A stretch of 64,000 bases of DNA from the NCBI RefSeq assembly GCF_000143415.4, contig NW_003314262.1, positions 3,792,021 to 3,856,020 of the forward strand. Reading direction: 5' to 3'. Source of the stretch: Selaginella moellendorffii. Taxonomy: Eukaryota > Plantae > Lycopodiophyta. The notes under the pieces were generated by a model, which worked only from the letters and a program-made list of their open reading frames with translations, was not told where the DNA came from and ran no database searches. The translations under genes and the position numbers were made by a program. Positions 51,927 through 63,953 of the stretch are shown piece after piece (the stretch's first letter is position 1; each line of letters opens with the position of its first letter).

Positions 51927-52885
51927 TTAGTTTGTGAAGATGAGAGCGGACGATTCAACAAGGTGGCAGAACTCGCCTTCTCCTGGCTTGAGACCCAGCT
52001 GGTTGAGGATCGCATTGCCGGGCTTCATGTACTTGGTGATGGTGTGACACTCGAGCAAGTATTCGACTTCATCATCGTGGTGGGTGGCAATCGTAACAGA
52101 GAAAACGTGGGTACCTTGTACCATGTGGCAGTAGTGCAGCATGAAAGGATACGCCATCCTGTGACACGCGACGTGAGGCTTTGAAACCGGGACGATTTCT
52201 GCCAGCTTGCGAACTTGCACTTGCTTGTTGGCTAGCAGCTGATCCATGTGGGAAGTGCCTTTGGAGCCGCGAACCACCGGGGACGTGGTGTTCAGGGCTA
52301 CCGAAACGAAGCTAGAGAGCTCTCTCAAGCTCGGCGTGCATCTCTTGGTCTCGATGGAAGATGGAGCATGCGCGCACGCAGAGAGCGTCGACACCATGAA
52401 GAGCTTCATGACGGGGGCGTTGACAATGTGGAGAGTGGCCATGGTGACCGGAAGCTCCTGCGGGTCCAATGAGATCTTCGCGGCGAGGGGATGAGCGAGG
52501 AATCGCGTGGCTGGGGCATTGTAGAAGGCTGGGAACGTGAAAAGAGACCCCGGCGTGAATTCACTGAGATGGAAGAAGCGGCGAGTGTTGACAACCTGAA
52601 TCGATCGAACAGGGTCGCAGACCAGGGCGCCATCGAGCTCGGCATCGAGGAGTCTTCGGCGGTAAGGCTTGTTGGAACAGGGTGAAAGGCCAGTGTCGTT
52701 GCACCGAATGCCAGCAGCACTGCAGAAGCCGCTGCTACCAAGATCCAGCGAAACTGGAGAAGCGATGAAGTTTTCGAAAATGGATCTTTGCCATTGAACC
52801 ATTCGTTTGAGTGAGTGAGTCCTGCAGCGCACACAAAAAAGATGCCAAAGACAGAGAAAAGGATGAGAACAGTAAGATTAGCCAT
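51927..52885 (-). CDS. BURP-domain protein (PG1beta-like); signal peptide out of frame at a T6 run
   Basis: FF...ETKRCTPSL, CH motifs ACHRMAYPFMLHYCH, ECHT and EFCHLV. N-terminal MANLTVLILFSVFGIFF. Confidence 0.8.
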
Positions 52886-53149
52886 GGTGTGGGTGAGTGT
52901 TGGATTGATAATGGTTTTTATAGTTGAAATCACCTCATCTTCTGTTTATGCATCTTGACTGTGTGACTGCTTGTGGGACCACTCAATGTACTGGCTGCCA
53001 GCTATGGTAAGCCAAGTCTTTCATAAGTACTACTAACGACCTCGTTTATGCGATGACACGGAGAGCTTTCATTGTCGAGGCGGTTGGGTTTCTTTTTCTC
53101 CCTTTGCCAGTCAATCTTTAGTTTTCTGCTTTTTCTTTCCTTCTCGGAT

Positions 53150-54950
53150 GTAGATTGTCAAGAACGCATAACTCCCGCCTGCTCAACATGGAGAACCTGG
53201 TCGTAGCCCGTTCAACAGTCTAAGTTCCTCCATTGCCTTCTAGCTTTAAGACAATGACTGATCCTATAGCTCTTCCTGTGTACAAGCTCAAAGAAGCTGC
53301 AGGCAGTTAAATTGTAAAACCACCTGGTGCTTGAAGCTATGTAAGTTCAAGCATCTCACCATCTCTTGCCATCTCTTGGCACACCATCCTTATTGGATCG
53401 CACCATCATGTCATCTCTGCAGCACTACTTCCACAACAACACCTTGGCAAAACAGCTTGCAACTACTCTCCACCAAGCTCCTAGTGAGCTGCAATTAATT
53501 ATCAGCCATGGTCGTGCTGTGGTGGTGCCAGAGAAACTTATCACTTAGCTTAGAAACCATCAGGAAGCTTTATAATATGGTCCTGTGCCTAAACATCACC
53601 ATGTGCTGTAGTGACTCCAAAGATGTCTATATATCTTGAACAAACAGGCTATGACTTTGAAAAATACTTGATAGCTTGTAGTGCCAAGTTGAATCTGTCA
53701 ACCTGGTTGAAGCTGTCATTCAATAAACAAATCTAATCCAATCAACAGTGATAAAAATCACTTTTTGGATATACCAGAAAAGTGATGTTGTCCCTGTTGA
53801 CAAAGCTTAGGCTCAGATTTTAAAAGAAATCTCATGTGGCTTGCTCAAGCCCCTCTTCCATAGCAAATATCTCCTCCTGTCTCGTACCAATCACTGTGTT
53901 GCATACAATCCTTTTGTATCTCAGAACAATTGACAGAAAACATTCAACTAGCATTTTTACATTGGTGTTCTAGAAAATGTCTGTGTTGCAATCCTTTATC
54001 AGCTTCCATGAATGCCAGGAACAAAAAAAGAGAGAGAAGAGACAAAAAAAATCAAGAGAGAAATTTGATTTTGTAGATCGCCAAGCATTCCTTAATGGGG
54101 AAAAGGAATACATGTGCCTTCCTCATCAACTTGTGAACTTTTTTCTTGACCAATGGCTCATTGAGTTGACTTTGAGCTTGCTTCAATTGTGGATAATAAT
54201 GTCTGATGAAATGCCTTTCAGCTCCAAGTAATCTCATGTAAAAACATCTATGAACTCACGAAGGAAATCTTTTAGTGCTTTCCCCTCATTGTCAATTCCT
54301 TCCCGCCAAACAATAGTTTTTGCTCACTGCATTTAATAGGCAAATCCAAAAGAATTGTTGCCAATTCAGCCAACAAAGACTTGCATCTTCAATTTGATCA
54401 AGTTCATTATTGTGTTGCAATCCGTGGGATGGATTGTCTTAGTCTTCTACAACCCTTGCTTCATTGGCATATCATTGACACCATTTTATGTGTAAGGAAT
54501 TCCATGATGACAATTGAGCCAAGAGGTGATGGTAGTTTCTTATGAAAAACTTGCAATCCAAGATGTTGAAGCTGGAGCTTCCCAATTAGTTGCTTGCAAA
54601 GAAGCAAAGAATCCAAGTGCATGTAAAGATGCTTGACACCTAACATCAAGTTTACTCAACTCCCAACAAATCAGCTCTATACTTGCACTCATTAGCAAAA
54701 GTTTTTGTGATTGTTTGCAAGAATGAGTAAGCTTGCCATTATTGGACTTTTTCCCAACATTTTACATCACAAAATAAGGAACGAGGACTAGAAAGTGCAT
54801 TTGTTTTCTTTGTCTTTGCAGTGATCCTAGTAATCTTTCCAAACACATGCAAATTGAGTGCATCCTTGTTGAATGAAGGTAACTTAGAAGGTTGATCTTG
54901 AGAAGTTAGAGCATATATAACATCATCAGAAAGAGGGAATTCCTCTAGAT
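53150..54950 (-). mobile_element. Highly degraded Ty3/gypsy Tat-like pol relic (archaeal-type RNase H followed by RT region)
   Basis: LGVKHLYMHLDSLLLCKQL at ~54640-54585, then LKDFLREFIDVFT*DYLELKGISSDIIIH and VKKKVHKLMRKAHV. Many stops. Confidence 0.65.
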
Positions 54951-55464
54951 GGTAGTAGAACTTGAATGTGTGATTACAACAATACTGAGAATCCCTTTGA
55001 AATGTGCCACACTAAATAACTAGCTCTCAAGTGGATCACGAAATCTTTTTTTAACCTTGTTTAACTCATCTTTTTTTCTTTCTCGTGATACAGGGGAGAT
55101 AGTCGTGTTTGATGCGCCAGACGGCCTCTCAAGTCTTTCTAACGGCATTACATTAACACGCTTATTGTGGAGACAAGAGAGCATCCCCGTGTACGAATTC
55201 GATTGGAAAACGAAACGAAAGTCCCAAAGTATCACACCTTGCATTCTCTAGAGAAGTTTCACCTTCGGCCATTTTCACCGCACAAGATGTGCCACACATA
55301 CTGGACACGAGCCAGGGTCTAAATTTTGCCACGTACGGTCCCCATACCGTATAAATATCTGTGTGCCCTTTAGAAAGAATATTCTAGAATTGGAAAAAAA
55401 GCTTAAAGAAAGGAAATTCATTGCACAGTTGAATTTTTTGCTAGCTAGCTCCCAGCTCAAAACA

Positions 55465-56225
55465 ATGGCACTCGTCACAGGCAGCGGTATCGCAGCTCTC
55501 TCTTCTTCCTCGCTCATCTCCAACAAGATCCATGTCCAATCGCAATCGCCCACAAGCTCCATCGGGACAAGAAATCTAGTAGTAGTAAGAGCGTCCTCGA
55601 ACAAATCAAGGGATGGTGGCGATGGCGGCATCAGTGGCGTTCTCGACGGCACCAAGAAGGAGATAACCCGCGAGGAGGTGCTCAAGAACCAGGCCGAGAA
55701 CGAGTCGGAGAAGCGCTCCGTGTTTGGAGCCGTCCCATCGTCCGGATCCTTCTATCCCAGGCCAGAGGTCGAGAGGCGACCAGAGACTGGCGATCGATCG
55801 TTCCCCAGCTTGATGGCGTTCGATGGAGCCGGCCCGGAAACGATCAACGGAAGACTGGTAAGCGATTGGTGATTTTTCTTCGCGTTTTTTTCTAGATCAA
55901 CCCAAGTAACTAACGTGAACTTGTCAAACAGGCAATGGTAGGATTGGTGTGGGCATTCGCAGTGGAGCGAATGACGGGACAAACGGTGGCGGAGCAGCTC
56001 TACTCGCCGGGGAGCACTGGTCTTTTCCATTTTCTGGCGGTGGCACAGCTATTCGCGTACGCGTCGCTGGTGCCCATGTTTAAGGGCGAGAGCCCGGACA
56101 GCAGATCGTTTGGGCCATTTAGAGCCATGGCGGAGCGCTGGAATGGGCGAACCGCGATGCTTGGCTTCCTCGCCTTGGTGATCACCGAGTTTTTCACCAA
56201 GACTCCAGTGTTTCACATGATGTAA
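55465..56225 (+). CDS. ELIP: Early light-induced protein, copy 3 (exons 55465-55857 and 55932-56225)
   Basis: Same motifs as copy 1, intact frame, GT-AG intron. Confidence 0.9.
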
Positions 56226-56970
56226 ATTCAATGGTTCCTAGTTTAACTGTTCTAGATTTTCACTTCACTACATTGAAGCTATCGTGTTTCTTTACCGTGA
56301 GAACGATGTGAGGACTTATGTCACCCAATCCCTCTTTCATTTGAGACACAGTTTGACATTTCTATTTACTCGGCTTGTGGCTCCTCAAAATTAAGGTGAC
56401 CTCGTGGCAATCATCCTGAGAATAACCAGTGGAGTTGTGATGGCATGGTGTTGATCCAAGTTTAAGCTAGCTAATTAAAATTTTAGATAAATATAAATAT
56501 AAACATATAAAATACTATTATTACTTGAGCATCCAATAAAGGAAAAAAATTAATATCCATTGATTCTTACCCATTTATTTCAAAAAGTATCGTTAAGAAA
56601 AGAATGAACATTCATTAGTAGACTCTATTAAATGGAGTGGGGGAAGATTTTCTTTTGCTTATATGTGATCGAACTATTATTGTAATAGCCTAGTGATTGC
56701 TTTTCATAATGAGCTTGGTTTTTTCATTTTATTTCCATTTTTTTTGTAAAGTGAAAAATATAGAAAGTAAAAATATTATCATTCCCTACTTTTAAAAAAT
56801 ATGTCATTATTAATGGAGATGTTAATGAAAGTACTTGCCAAGATATTTTCATGTCTTTAATTCGTTTAGCTTCGTAAGTTGTTTTTATAAATTTATAATG
56901 CTCGCTAGGGGAAACCTTTAGAGTATTTACTAATTGGTAAAAAGGAAAAAACTAATTGTATTAACTCCTT

Positions 56971-56973
<3 letters not shown>

Positions 56974-57022
<49 letters not shown>
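56974..57022. repeat. (TA)n microsatellite
   Basis: About 24 AT units. Confidence 0.97.
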
Positions 57023-57026
<4 letters not shown>

Positions 57027-57349
57027 TTTATAATAAATAGAAAAAAATGCAACTTATAAATAATTCACACAAATCAAGACAATGATTCTTTAAAATTCTT
57101 ATAATCCCTTGGGCTTGGTTCAGCTGTTTATATAATCAATAAATTTGAGGAGTCTAATTTATAGTTCCTGCATTCGCAAATTAATATAAAAGAACCAAAA
57201 AACATCGAATGAAAATTGAATTCAAACGTACATGTAAATTATTTCCAGCCCCCTTATGACTCGTGAATAAGATTAATAAACATGTTAAAGACCTCCTGCT
57301 CAATCAACACATAAATTCAGAGCTAAAATCCACAAGGAATTTGGAAGAG

Positions 57350-58420
57350 TACTTAAATCTGTATAAGCATCGTCATCATCAGGGAGTGTCGATTCCAAAG
57401 CACGAAGGCTGCCATGCCACGGGAAAGTAAGCCCCGACACTGTCAAAACAGTAAAAAACAAAACTAAGGGGCATGATTCTATAAAAAGAATGACAAAATC
57501 TTACTTGTCTTGAGCGTGATCTTGCTGATGTCGATGACACAAAACGAGCGGGGCCCAAACATCTGTGTGACTCTCCGCTCCCCGATAACCAGCAAATGCT
57601 GGGGTTTGCCAGTATGAAATCGTCCAGTTAGAGCGTCCAGAATGTCCAAGACACTGAGTGCGTAAACCCCTGCAAAGCAATTCTCGTCAATTATCGTAAA
57701 GAACGAAAATCTGAAGTGCAGTTTACGATATGGTTCATAAAGCGACACTCGCTCAATCAGTGATGGATAAATCGGCGCCTGGAGCTCAACACAAGTCCCG
57801 GAGGGAAGAGCGCCATAAAACCGTAAAGAGCATGGAGGGCTTTCATCATCGTTGAGCAGCAGCCGAGCACCAAGGAACCAAGGAGCTTCTTGTTTTCCTC
57901 GCTCAGGCACAATGTCGCGATGTACTTCCCGCTCATAGATCGCTGGAACTTCAAACCAAAGGATGATGCAAACAAAAACACAAACACCTTACAGTTAGTA
58001 GTACTGTAATCTCCTTGAAAGTTGACGCAGACTAGCTTGATAAGCAGTGGGGTGATTGGAAGCTGCGGATTAACTGTGTTGAGTTTGAGCACCGCCAACT
58101 CAAACAGTAATGGATAACTCGGCACCTGGAGCTCCACACAAGTCCACGGGGAAAGATCACCAGAAGAGAGAACGAGCACCACTTGCCAGCTCTGGCTACG
58201 CAACCTATGGAAGCCAAGTGTTAAGTGTGGAACCAGGAAAAGATAGACTTACATTTAGTGGAAAAGAGTATGCCGGACTCGGAACCACTGAGCCAAGGAG
58301 TATGGAGAGTATTCTTACGCTAGAGTTGCAGGACTTCGATCCACATCCGGGAATAAAGCCGAGCTCTGGAGCGTGAAGATTGCACTGCCCCATGATCCCT
58401 TGATGATCACCAATTGACGC
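57350..58420 (-). other. Unidentified multi-exon gene or relic with an internally repeated module
   Basis: Two similar segments (LPSGTCVELQAPIYP at ~57770-57815; LSPWTCVELQVPSYP at ~58112-58160) and plausible short introns. No family recognised. Confidence 0.35.
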
Positions 58421-58877
58421 TGCAGAGGCATAAAGTCTTAGCCGTAGAGTTGTGAGCCCGATATATCTTGATTGAGGTCGAGGAATGTACACTTGGCTTC
58501 TCTTGTGTGCTTTACCAGCGTACGCGAGAAAGCTTACCTCATTGGACCTGTTGAGCACACCATCGTCATGACTCTGCTGCTGAAGCAAGATCATGAGCAA
58601 ACACTGTATAGCTGGGTAGCTGGCCATAACCAAGACAAGCCATGGCCATGCGTGACTCCTGGATTGAGCTTGCGATAAGGAGCTCAGAGACAACCTCCAA
58701 GCGCTTGGAAACCTGGTTTCCAGCCATGGAAAATGCTTACTTGTCTTGATGATGTGGATGCAGCAAAACGAGCACTCCCTGCTGGGCTGCGTGAAAGCTG
58801 TGAGTGTGGATTGTCGTCGCTGCGCGAAAACTCGTCATCCCTTTGGCGCGCTTCCAGAACTTGAAAACGAGCAGCGA

Positions 58878-59615
58878 GAGCAACAATTTTTACTTCAGTT
58901 TCTGGAAGAGGCATTCCAACTGTTCCGAGAACCTGAGAGCAAGAAAACCTAATCATGTTGGAGTCTCTGTGTGAGCAGCTCGAATAGAACTTACATTGTC
59001 GGAAAAAGCTCGAGTTGACACTACGGGAGAGGACTCTGTCAAACCATAACCATTCACAACAGGAGGACGCGGCTCCGTCCTTTTGGGAGCTGTTAGTGCT
59101 GTGCGTTGTGGTGCTGCGCATGCTCTCGTTCTAACTTCTTGGGGATCCCGAAAGCAGGAAAACGTTGACTAATGGAAACAAAGGAATAGTGATGGTTCGT
59201 GGTCCATTGCTTTCGAGTTTCACTCTTGCATCACATCTCGCTCAGTTTTGTTGTCGCGTAGAATCCCGATGCAACAAAAAGCCATAGACGGTGATGGCTG
59301 GCTTGACACGGGTGATCTTGGCTGGGTCGCCCCAGTGTGGAAAACTGGCGCTGCTAGAAAATGTGGAGGAATGTTAGTCTTGGAGGGGCGTGCAAAAGAA
59401 ACTAGTGTTCTCTCAACAGGTTATGGTGTAAGCGTTTGCTTTTCTCAAGTATTCATGAGAATCATTTTTCAGGTGAGAATGTGGAGCCAACAGAGATTGA
59501 AGAGGCAGCAGTCTTATTGATCAAATCATGGTTGTCGGTCAGGTACTTTGTATTCTTTGGTTTTGTTTTGTGAGATTCATCTAACGTACTTTTGCTGTCT
59601 GTACAGGACCAAAGG
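58878..59615. pseudogene. Acyl-activating enzyme AAE15/AAE16-like relic, partly inverted
   Basis: Minus: NGYGLTESSPVVSTR and VLGTVGMPLPETEVKIV. Plus: DPESRK..KGIVMVRGP, DGWLDTGDLGW...CGGMLVLEGRAKET, ENVEPTEIEEAA, QIMVVGQ. Confidence 0.8.
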
Positions 59616-59832
59616 CAACCAAGCTTCGCAGGGACGCCATTTTAATGCGCTACCGGAACCAAATCGATTACCTATTCAATAATACATTATAAATATGTGT
59701 ACAAGAATGACTCATCATGCTTAAACCGTAATAACAATTTACTATGTGAAACAGCCATTTTTCACTTCAATGGAAAGCTACATACCTCACACACAAGGCT
59801 AAAATCTTACGTGGCAAAAACAATGTGATAAA

Positions 59833-61694
59833 ATGGCCTCTATATCATCGAGCACGGTTACGATATGTGATTATGCCAGGAAAGGGCAATTGCTGGACGC
59901 GAAACATGGTTTCAAAAGAATGCCTCAGCTAGATACTGCATGCTGTAATGCAATTCTTGCGGCTTGTTCACGATACCGATTGCTAGATTTAGCCCATCAA
60001 ACCTTTGAGAGCATACCTCAGCAGAATCTCATTTCATGGTCCACCATTATCTCTGCTTATGCCCAAGCTGGGCATCTTGATAGCGCCTGAGAACTGCTTC
60101 ATCTTATGCCTTTGCACAATCTTGTTCCGTGGACTGCAATGCTCGCAGGGTACGCTCGAGCCGTCTCGCTCTCTCTAGCAGAGAATATCTTTGATCTGAT
60201 TCCCGAAAGAGATCTTGCATGCTTCAATACTTTGCTTGCGGCGTACGCCACGATCCGGCTCGCAAACCAGGCCGAGAGATTCAGCTATGGCCATGCCAAA
60301 TGATGCCCAAAAGGTTTGGGAGAACATGCCCCAGAGGAATTAGTTTCTTGGAACACAATGCTGGGTCTCTACTTAGACTGCGGCAAATTAGATGCTGCCA
60401 AGCTCGTGTTTGAGGACATGCCGGAGGGGAATCTAGCCTCGTGGACTTCCATGGTCAGAGCATATGCCGACGCCGGATACCCAGAATATGCCCAAAGTAT
60501 CTTTCTACACGACCTCGTTTACTTGGCTGCGTATAGTAACAATGGTCACGTAGATTAGGCAAAGAAAATATTTAACCGGATGCCATGGAGAGATATAGTG
60601 TCGTGGACAACCATAGTTGCCGCAGCTGCTCAGTATGGGTATTTGGAAGAATCCTTACGATTGCCGTACTGCATGCCGTATTGGAACACTTTGGCGTGCA
60701 ATTCCGTGCTAGCAGCCTTGGCGAAAGCTAATAGAATGCAGAAATTAAATGATCGATTATATTTTTGAAAAAGATATTGTAACGTGGAACAAAGTTTTTG
60801 ACTGCATATGCCACGAATGGGGATTTTGAGCGAGTCATGGACCTTTTCAATTCTGCGTTCGAGAAAAATATGGTATCCTGGAATACTGTGGTATCGTGTC
60901 TTGCTTGCAGGGGCCAATTGGAGGAAGCGAGAATCTATTTTGAAACTATGCCGGAGCAAAACACTGTATCATTATGCGCATTAATTTCTGCATACGCCCG
61001 AATGGGGCACCTAGACGAGGCAAGACAATTTTCCAGAGCTGCACATATTGAGAGCACTGAAATAAAAACAGCAATGGTCAGCGCGTTTGCGGAAAATGGA
61101 TGTGTATTAGAAGCCAAATATCTGTTTGAAAGTGGTACAAATCATGATTTGGTGTCGTGGACTGCTTTTATGACCGCATTTGCCCTTAATGGGCATTTTT
61201 GTCGTTGCGGGTCCTTGTTCTTGCGTATGCCCGAAAGGGACGTGGTTGCATGGACCACACTGCTTGCAGCTTACGCACACAACGGCAGGTCCGACGAGGC
61301 ACTATACGTTTTCCACTCCATGAACGCCATGGACGTGTCCGTGGATGGATGCTTTGGCTGTGCGCTCGTGGCATGCAGCCACGTTGGCAGCGTCTACGCG
61401 GCAAGATCTTGCTTCGTGTCGATAGAGATGGACTTCCATGTACAGCCCGTGAAGCTCCACTTTCGGTGCATGATCGATGTCTTGGGGAGAGCCGGGTATT
61501 TGCATTCTGCCCAGGAGCTGCTCAAAACCATGCCCTTCGAGCCCGAGACTGTGGACTGGAAGTGCCTCTTGGGGGCATGTAGGAGCTACAGATCCTCCGT
61601 TGAGTTTGGGAATTTCGTTGCCAAGAATGTCATTGACAAGGATCCGAGAGGAGCTACTGGTTATGTCCTTGCAGCCAACATGATGGTCTCCTAG
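59833..61694 (+). pseudogene. PLS-class PPR gene with E domain; several stops and frameshifts in the 5' half
   Basis: Repeated MP..+VSW motifs. HFRCMIDVLGRAG...MPFEP..DWKCLLGAC...YVLAAN. Stops at 60090, 60303, 60558 and 60768. Confidence 0.85.
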
Positions 61695-61789
61695 TTCTAA
61701 GCAAGATCTCAAACTTCGACCATTTCGTCGTGATTGTTCATGGCTATCGATTCTCGGCAGCACGAAACTCTACGCCAGCGTAACAAAGT

Positions 61790-62854
61790 CTACGGCATTA
61801 GCACGCCATTCACTCTTTCTTTAAGCTCTTTGTCGCGTGTGGCAACCAGTGTCTGGATCCCGGGGAGCGTCCAGTGCAGCACCCGGTTGCCAAAAAACAT
61901 CCGGAGGAGACCCGAAACAAGAAGCTTGTCATTGGCGCTTACCTTGCGCGCCACCGGGAAGCTCAGAATGCTGCTCTCGTAGACCGTGCTGTCACAAACA
62001 ATCGCTCCTACGAGCAGCAGTCTTCTCTTCTCAGTCACAGGCGAGAAGCTGCGTTCGATATCCTCGTTGTGCACAATCTTGTCGAAAACGATCCTGGCGT
62101 TGAGTGCCCTGGCCGCCTCCTCGGTTTGCAGCCTCACTCGTTCCTCCAGCTCCACCAACAAGCTCTTCTTGTCTGGATAGCGCTGGAAGCTCTCCGAGAG
62201 GAGCTTGGCACTACCGCTTTTGATCGTCCCTTTGGATTCAAGCTGACGTCTGAATTCCTTGCTCGAGATCTTGTTTCCGGGCTTGCCAGGCTTGACCATC
62301 ACGTAGCCGAGAGGATGGATCTCTGCACAGCCCCACCAGCCATCGCCGAGCACCAGGCAGTGGAGCCTGTTTGCCGACGAGTTCCTGATCGCTGCCCCCA
62401 TGCCCGCCTGGCTCAGTGCCTGGTACATGCTGTCCGGCCACTTGGGTTCGTCCCTCCCGCCTTGCACCACCACAAGAACAGCGCTGGGAAGACTCTTGTC
62501 TAGCTTGAAATCGTGAGTGTGGCATTTGATCACGTCGTTAAGCTCCTGCTCGCAGCGAGCGGAGGTGGCTTTGGCTTTGTACTTCCGTGGTTCTCCGTCG
62601 ATGAGCTCTCCGGGCTTTGGAGAGAATCGCGCGAGTAAGTTGGAGAGCAAAGCCATGAGGAGCCATGCCCGCGTAGTTCCTTTGAGACTGCCGTAAGCGC
62701 TGCCGTGCCTTTGGATCTCGAAAAGAAGCTCACCCAGGAGGAATTGTGACACCTCTTCGCTCACGAGGGCGCCATCGCCACCGAATTTCTTGACCCTCCC
62801 TTGCTCTACCTGGACCAGCGGCTGCTCCAGACTCAACACACTGCTTGGCTCCAT
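61790..62854 (-). CDS. Intronless orphan ORF (~354 aa from ATG 62854), possible degenerate PD-(D/E)xK nuclease fold
   Basis: Long uninterrupted GC-rich ORF containing HDFKL...VLVVVQGG...YQALSQA...LHCLVLGDGWWG. Confidence 0.65.
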   Translation of the reverse strand: MEPSSVLSLEQPLVQVEQGRVKKFGGDGALVSEEVSQFLLGELLFEIQRHGSAYGSLKGTTRAWLLMALLSNLLARFSPKPGELIDGEPRKYKAKATSARCEQELNDVIKCHTHDFKLDKSLPSAVLVVVQGGRDEPKWPDSMYQALSQAGMGAAIRNSSANRLHCLVLGDGWWGCAEIHPLGYVMVKPGKPGNKISSKEFRRQLESKGTIKSGSAKLLSESFQRYPDKKSLLVELEERVRLQTEEAARALNARIVFDKIVHNEDIERSFSPVTEKRRLLLVGAIVCDSTVYESSILSFPVARKVSANDKLLVSGLLRMFFGNRVLHWTLPGIQTLVATRDKELKERVNGVLMP

Positions 62855-63052
62855 CAAGTTTTTAGGATTCTTGCGGGCGGGAATCTCGGGGATGGTGTTT
62901 CGTTGGAGCTTGAGAACTCTAGCGTAATGAAGACACAAGAATCTTTGTCAATTTCGATTCGAAAGAGCATCGTTCACGCAGCAATCTTTGTAAAGAAGCT
63001 TCAATGTAGTGAAGTGAAAATCTAGAACAGTTTAAACTAGGAACCATTAAAT

Positions 63053-63812
63053 TTACATAATGTGAAACACTGGAGTCTTGGTGAAAAACTCGGTGATCAC
63101 CAAGGCGAGGAAGCCAAGCATCGCGGTTCGCCCATTCCAGCGCTCCGCCATGGCTCTAAATGGCCCAAACGATCTGCTGTCCGGGCTCTCGCCCTTAAAC
63201 ATGGGCACCAGCGACGCGTACGCGAATAGCTGTGCCACCGCCAGAAAATGGAAAAGACCAGTGCTCCCCGGCGAGTAGAGCTGCTCCGCCACCGTTTGTC
63301 CCGTCATTCGCTCCACTGCGAATGCCCACACCAATCCTACCATTGCCTGTTTGACAAGTTCACGTTAGTTACTTGGTTGATCTAGAAAAAAACGAGAAGA
63401 AAAATCACCAATCGCTTACCAGTCTTCCGTTGATCGTTTCCGGGCCGGCTCCATCGAACGCCATCAAGCTGGGGAACGATCGATCGCCAGTCTCTGGTCG
63501 CCTCTCGACCTCTGGCCTGGGATAGAAGGATCCGGACGATGGGACGGCTCCAAACACGGAGCGCTTCTCCGACTCGTTCTCGGCCTGGTTCTTGAGCACC
63601 TCCTCGCGGGTTATCTCCTTCTTGGTGCCGTCGAGAACGCCACTGATGCCGCCATCGCCACCATCCCTTGATTTGTTCGAGGACGCTCTTACTACTACTA
63701 GATTTCTTGTCCCGATGGAGCTTGTGGGCGATTGCGATTGGACATGGATCTTGTTGGAGATGAGCGAGGAAGAAGAGAGAGCTGCGATACCGCTGCCTGT
63801 GACGAGTGCCAT
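63053..63812 (-). CDS. ELIP: Early light-induced protein, copy 4
   Basis: Nearly identical to copy 3 in inverted orientation. Intact. Confidence 0.9.
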
Positions 63813-63893
63813 TGTTTTGAGCTGGGAGCTAGCTAGAACAAAATTCAACAGTGCAACAACGAGCTACTTTCTGATGGCAAATGACACAAAGCT

Positions 63894-63953
63894 ATTTATA
63901 CGGAGTGGGGATTGTATAACGTGGCAAAATTGACTTTCCATACGTGGCAAAAT
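63894..63953 (-). promoter_or_regulatory. ELIP promoter: TATA-like box with duplicated ABRE/G-box-like ACGTGGC
   Basis: TATAAATA on - near 63894-63900. ACGTGGCAAAAT occurs twice (63919 and 63942). A single copy lies upstream of ELIP1 (~34669) and ELIP3 (~55327). Confidence 0.6.
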
